From Camelus dromedarius (Eukaryota): a stretch of DNA of 64,000 bases. The notes under the pieces were generated by a model that was given only the letters and a program-made list of their open reading frames with translations, ran no database searches and was not told the DNA's origin. Positions 62,335-64,000 of the stretch are shown here, one piece after another (position 1 is the stretch's first letter; each line of letters starts with the position of its first letter). The position numbers and the translations under genes are program-made. The stretch is taken from positions 41,540,001 through 41,604,000 of the forward strand of contig NC_087449.1 in the NCBI RefSeq assembly GCF_036321535.1, given 5' to 3'.

Positions 62335-62490
62335 NNNNNNNNNNNNNNNNNNNNNNNNNNNNNNNNNNNNNNNNNNNNNNNNNNNNNNNNNNNNNNNNNN
62401 NNNNNNNNNNNNNNNNNNNNNNNNNNNNNNNNNNNNNNNNNNNNNNNNNNNNNNNNNNNNNNNNNNNNNNNNNNNNNNNNNNNNNNNNNN
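62335..62490. other. Assembly gap (156 N)
   Basis: Run of n. Confidence 1.
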
Positions 62491-62869
62491 CAGTGCCAGC
62501 CCAGCGCTGGCGGGAGGCTGCCCCCCAGCCCCTGCTTTCAAGAAGCATCAAAGCCGCCTGCCAAGGCCCCTCGTGAGGGTCCTTCTCCACTAACAAGTGC
62601 CGAGTGGAGGGGGGAGGTCTGCCCAAAGACCTTTCCACAGCACACATCCCCCCCCCCCCCGCCCTATGGTAGTTAAATAGCTCCGTGTTTTATGCCAATT
62701 CCAGCCTCTCCTGCTTCCCCTCTAACGAGCTGATGCCTTCAAAGGCCCCAGTAATTGGTGTTTGCGCCTCACACACCACGACGCTTTGATAGTCACTTAG
62801 GACGTGGGTCCATCCATCACACCCACTGTACAGAAGGTTGCTCACCTCACTGCACCAGGGTGCCCAGCC

Positions 62870-63260
62870 AGTGTGTATCTGTTCCTGTGTGCACATGGGA
62901 GAGTGCCCACGTGCCTTGTTTCATATGTGAAGGACATGTTTATACACACATGTGCACAGGCACACATACGTGCACATGTGTGTATAAATGCTTCTGTGTA
63001 TGTGTACGTTAGTGCACGTGCATGGGTGAACACTACCATCTGTGCACATGGGAGTATGCACTAGTGTGTGCACACACTTTCCTGGGTGGGTGTGTTTGTG
63101 TGCATATGCAACAGAGCTTGTGTGTGTTTTATGCAAGCACTCATATGCTTTGTGTGTTTTGTGTGGTCATCTGCTTGCAGGCAGGCGTGTACATATGAAA
63201 TTTTGCAAGTCAACTAATAAAGTACATGTTCATGTCCAAGTGCATTGGTAGGTATGTGGG
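62870..63260. repeat. Degenerate TG/CA-rich block
   Basis: Interrupted TG/CA/TGCA repeats. Confidence 0.85.
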
Positions 63261-63419
63261 TTTGTATGCCTAAGTGCAGGGGAGGGCTGATATGTGCATT
63301 GGGGTGCATGCAGGTGGGATGTGGAGATGAGGGAATCTCTGGGGTATCTGTGTACCCATGGCTTGCACGTACTTGGGCATTTGCATGTGATGTGTGGAGG
63401 AAAGGTGTGACATACTAGT

Positions 63420-63920
63420 CAAGGGCTCACAGGCTTTGGGTTTGAGGCCTGGCTCTGCCATTTTCTAGCTGTGCAACTTTGGGATGATCACCAAACCTCT
63501 CTCATCAGTTTGCTCATCTGTAAAATGGAGATTATAAAAATACCTACCTCATACTGTTGTTAGGCAGATCAAACGGGATAATACAACAAAAGCCTAATCT
63601 GATTCTTCCCTCTCCACTGAAAACACCTGCAGCATGTAGACCCCACCCCCCAGCCCCATCTGGCCTCAACAGTAGCTGCCCAGCAGGGACCCTGTGGACA
63701 CTTAGGGTGAGAAATGGCTGGGCCTGGTTATTGCAGAGTAACAGCTACAACCTCTGAGAGCTTTGACGCATCCAAAGTGAGTTCACACTTTTATTACCTC
63801 CCTTTGACAGGTGGGGAACTGAGGTGCAGAAGCAGGCAGGAGTTGATGGCAGAGCAGGAACTTGCTGTCAGAAGACACAGCCTACAGCCGGGCTGTGGGA
63901 AGTCAAGATGTCTCTCATTT
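63420..63920. mobile_element. Two MIR SINEs in opposite orientation
   Basis: GGCTCTGCCATTTTCTAGCTGTGCAACTTTGGG..CTCATCTGTAAAATGGAG and TTTGACAGGTGGGGAACTGAGGTGCAGAAG. Confidence 0.8.
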
Positions 63921-64000
63921 CCAAAGGAGAGGGGGAGGCTTCAAGAGGACGGAAGAATGCACACCTTCGTGCACACCATGCACACCATGCACAAATACGC

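Noticed and set aside
224-63757. All ORFs in the supplied six-frame track as host genes
   Set aside because: They are low-complexity P/S/G/L-rich or C/V/H/T-rich translations of GC-rich DNA and repeats. They overlap on both strands, and none resembles a protein I recognise apart from the ERV-L and L2 remnants.
1-64000. CRISPR arrays, operons, prokaryotic defence systems, REST/RE1 sites
   Set aside because: The sequence is mammalian. No repeat-spacer structure, and no adequate RE1 match was found.

Overview
Mammalian, almost certainly camelid (camel/alpaca/llama), non-coding genomic DNA from a visibly GC-rich, MIR/L2-dense region of a gapped draft assembly with five N-gaps. The species call rests on two copies of a camelid-type tRNA-derived SINE and on cetartiodactyl-type L1 3' ends. 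I could not support any host protein-coding exon, RNA gene, CpG island or CRISPR array. The supplied ORFs are chance ORFs or decayed retroelement frames, and I cannot name the host locus. The main interpretable element is a ~4.7 kb decayed ERV-L provirus on the minus strand (~12945-17900). It still shows gag, protease, RT, RNase H, integrase and a downstream dUTPase in order, plus a 5' LTR and PBS. The repeat-free islands carry candidate cis-regulatory motifs: a divergent CTCF pair, a Pbx-Hox plus Meis element, a near-perfect Maf element, TCF/Hox, homeodomain, octamer and CArG clusters. Structural oddities include a SINE flanked by inverted rather than direct repeats, a perfect 15-bp hairpin in an old LTR, and a duplicated TGCATG-rich module. 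I found no convincing new biological system. Repeat family names are from memory of consensus sequences, and repeat boundaries are approximate.
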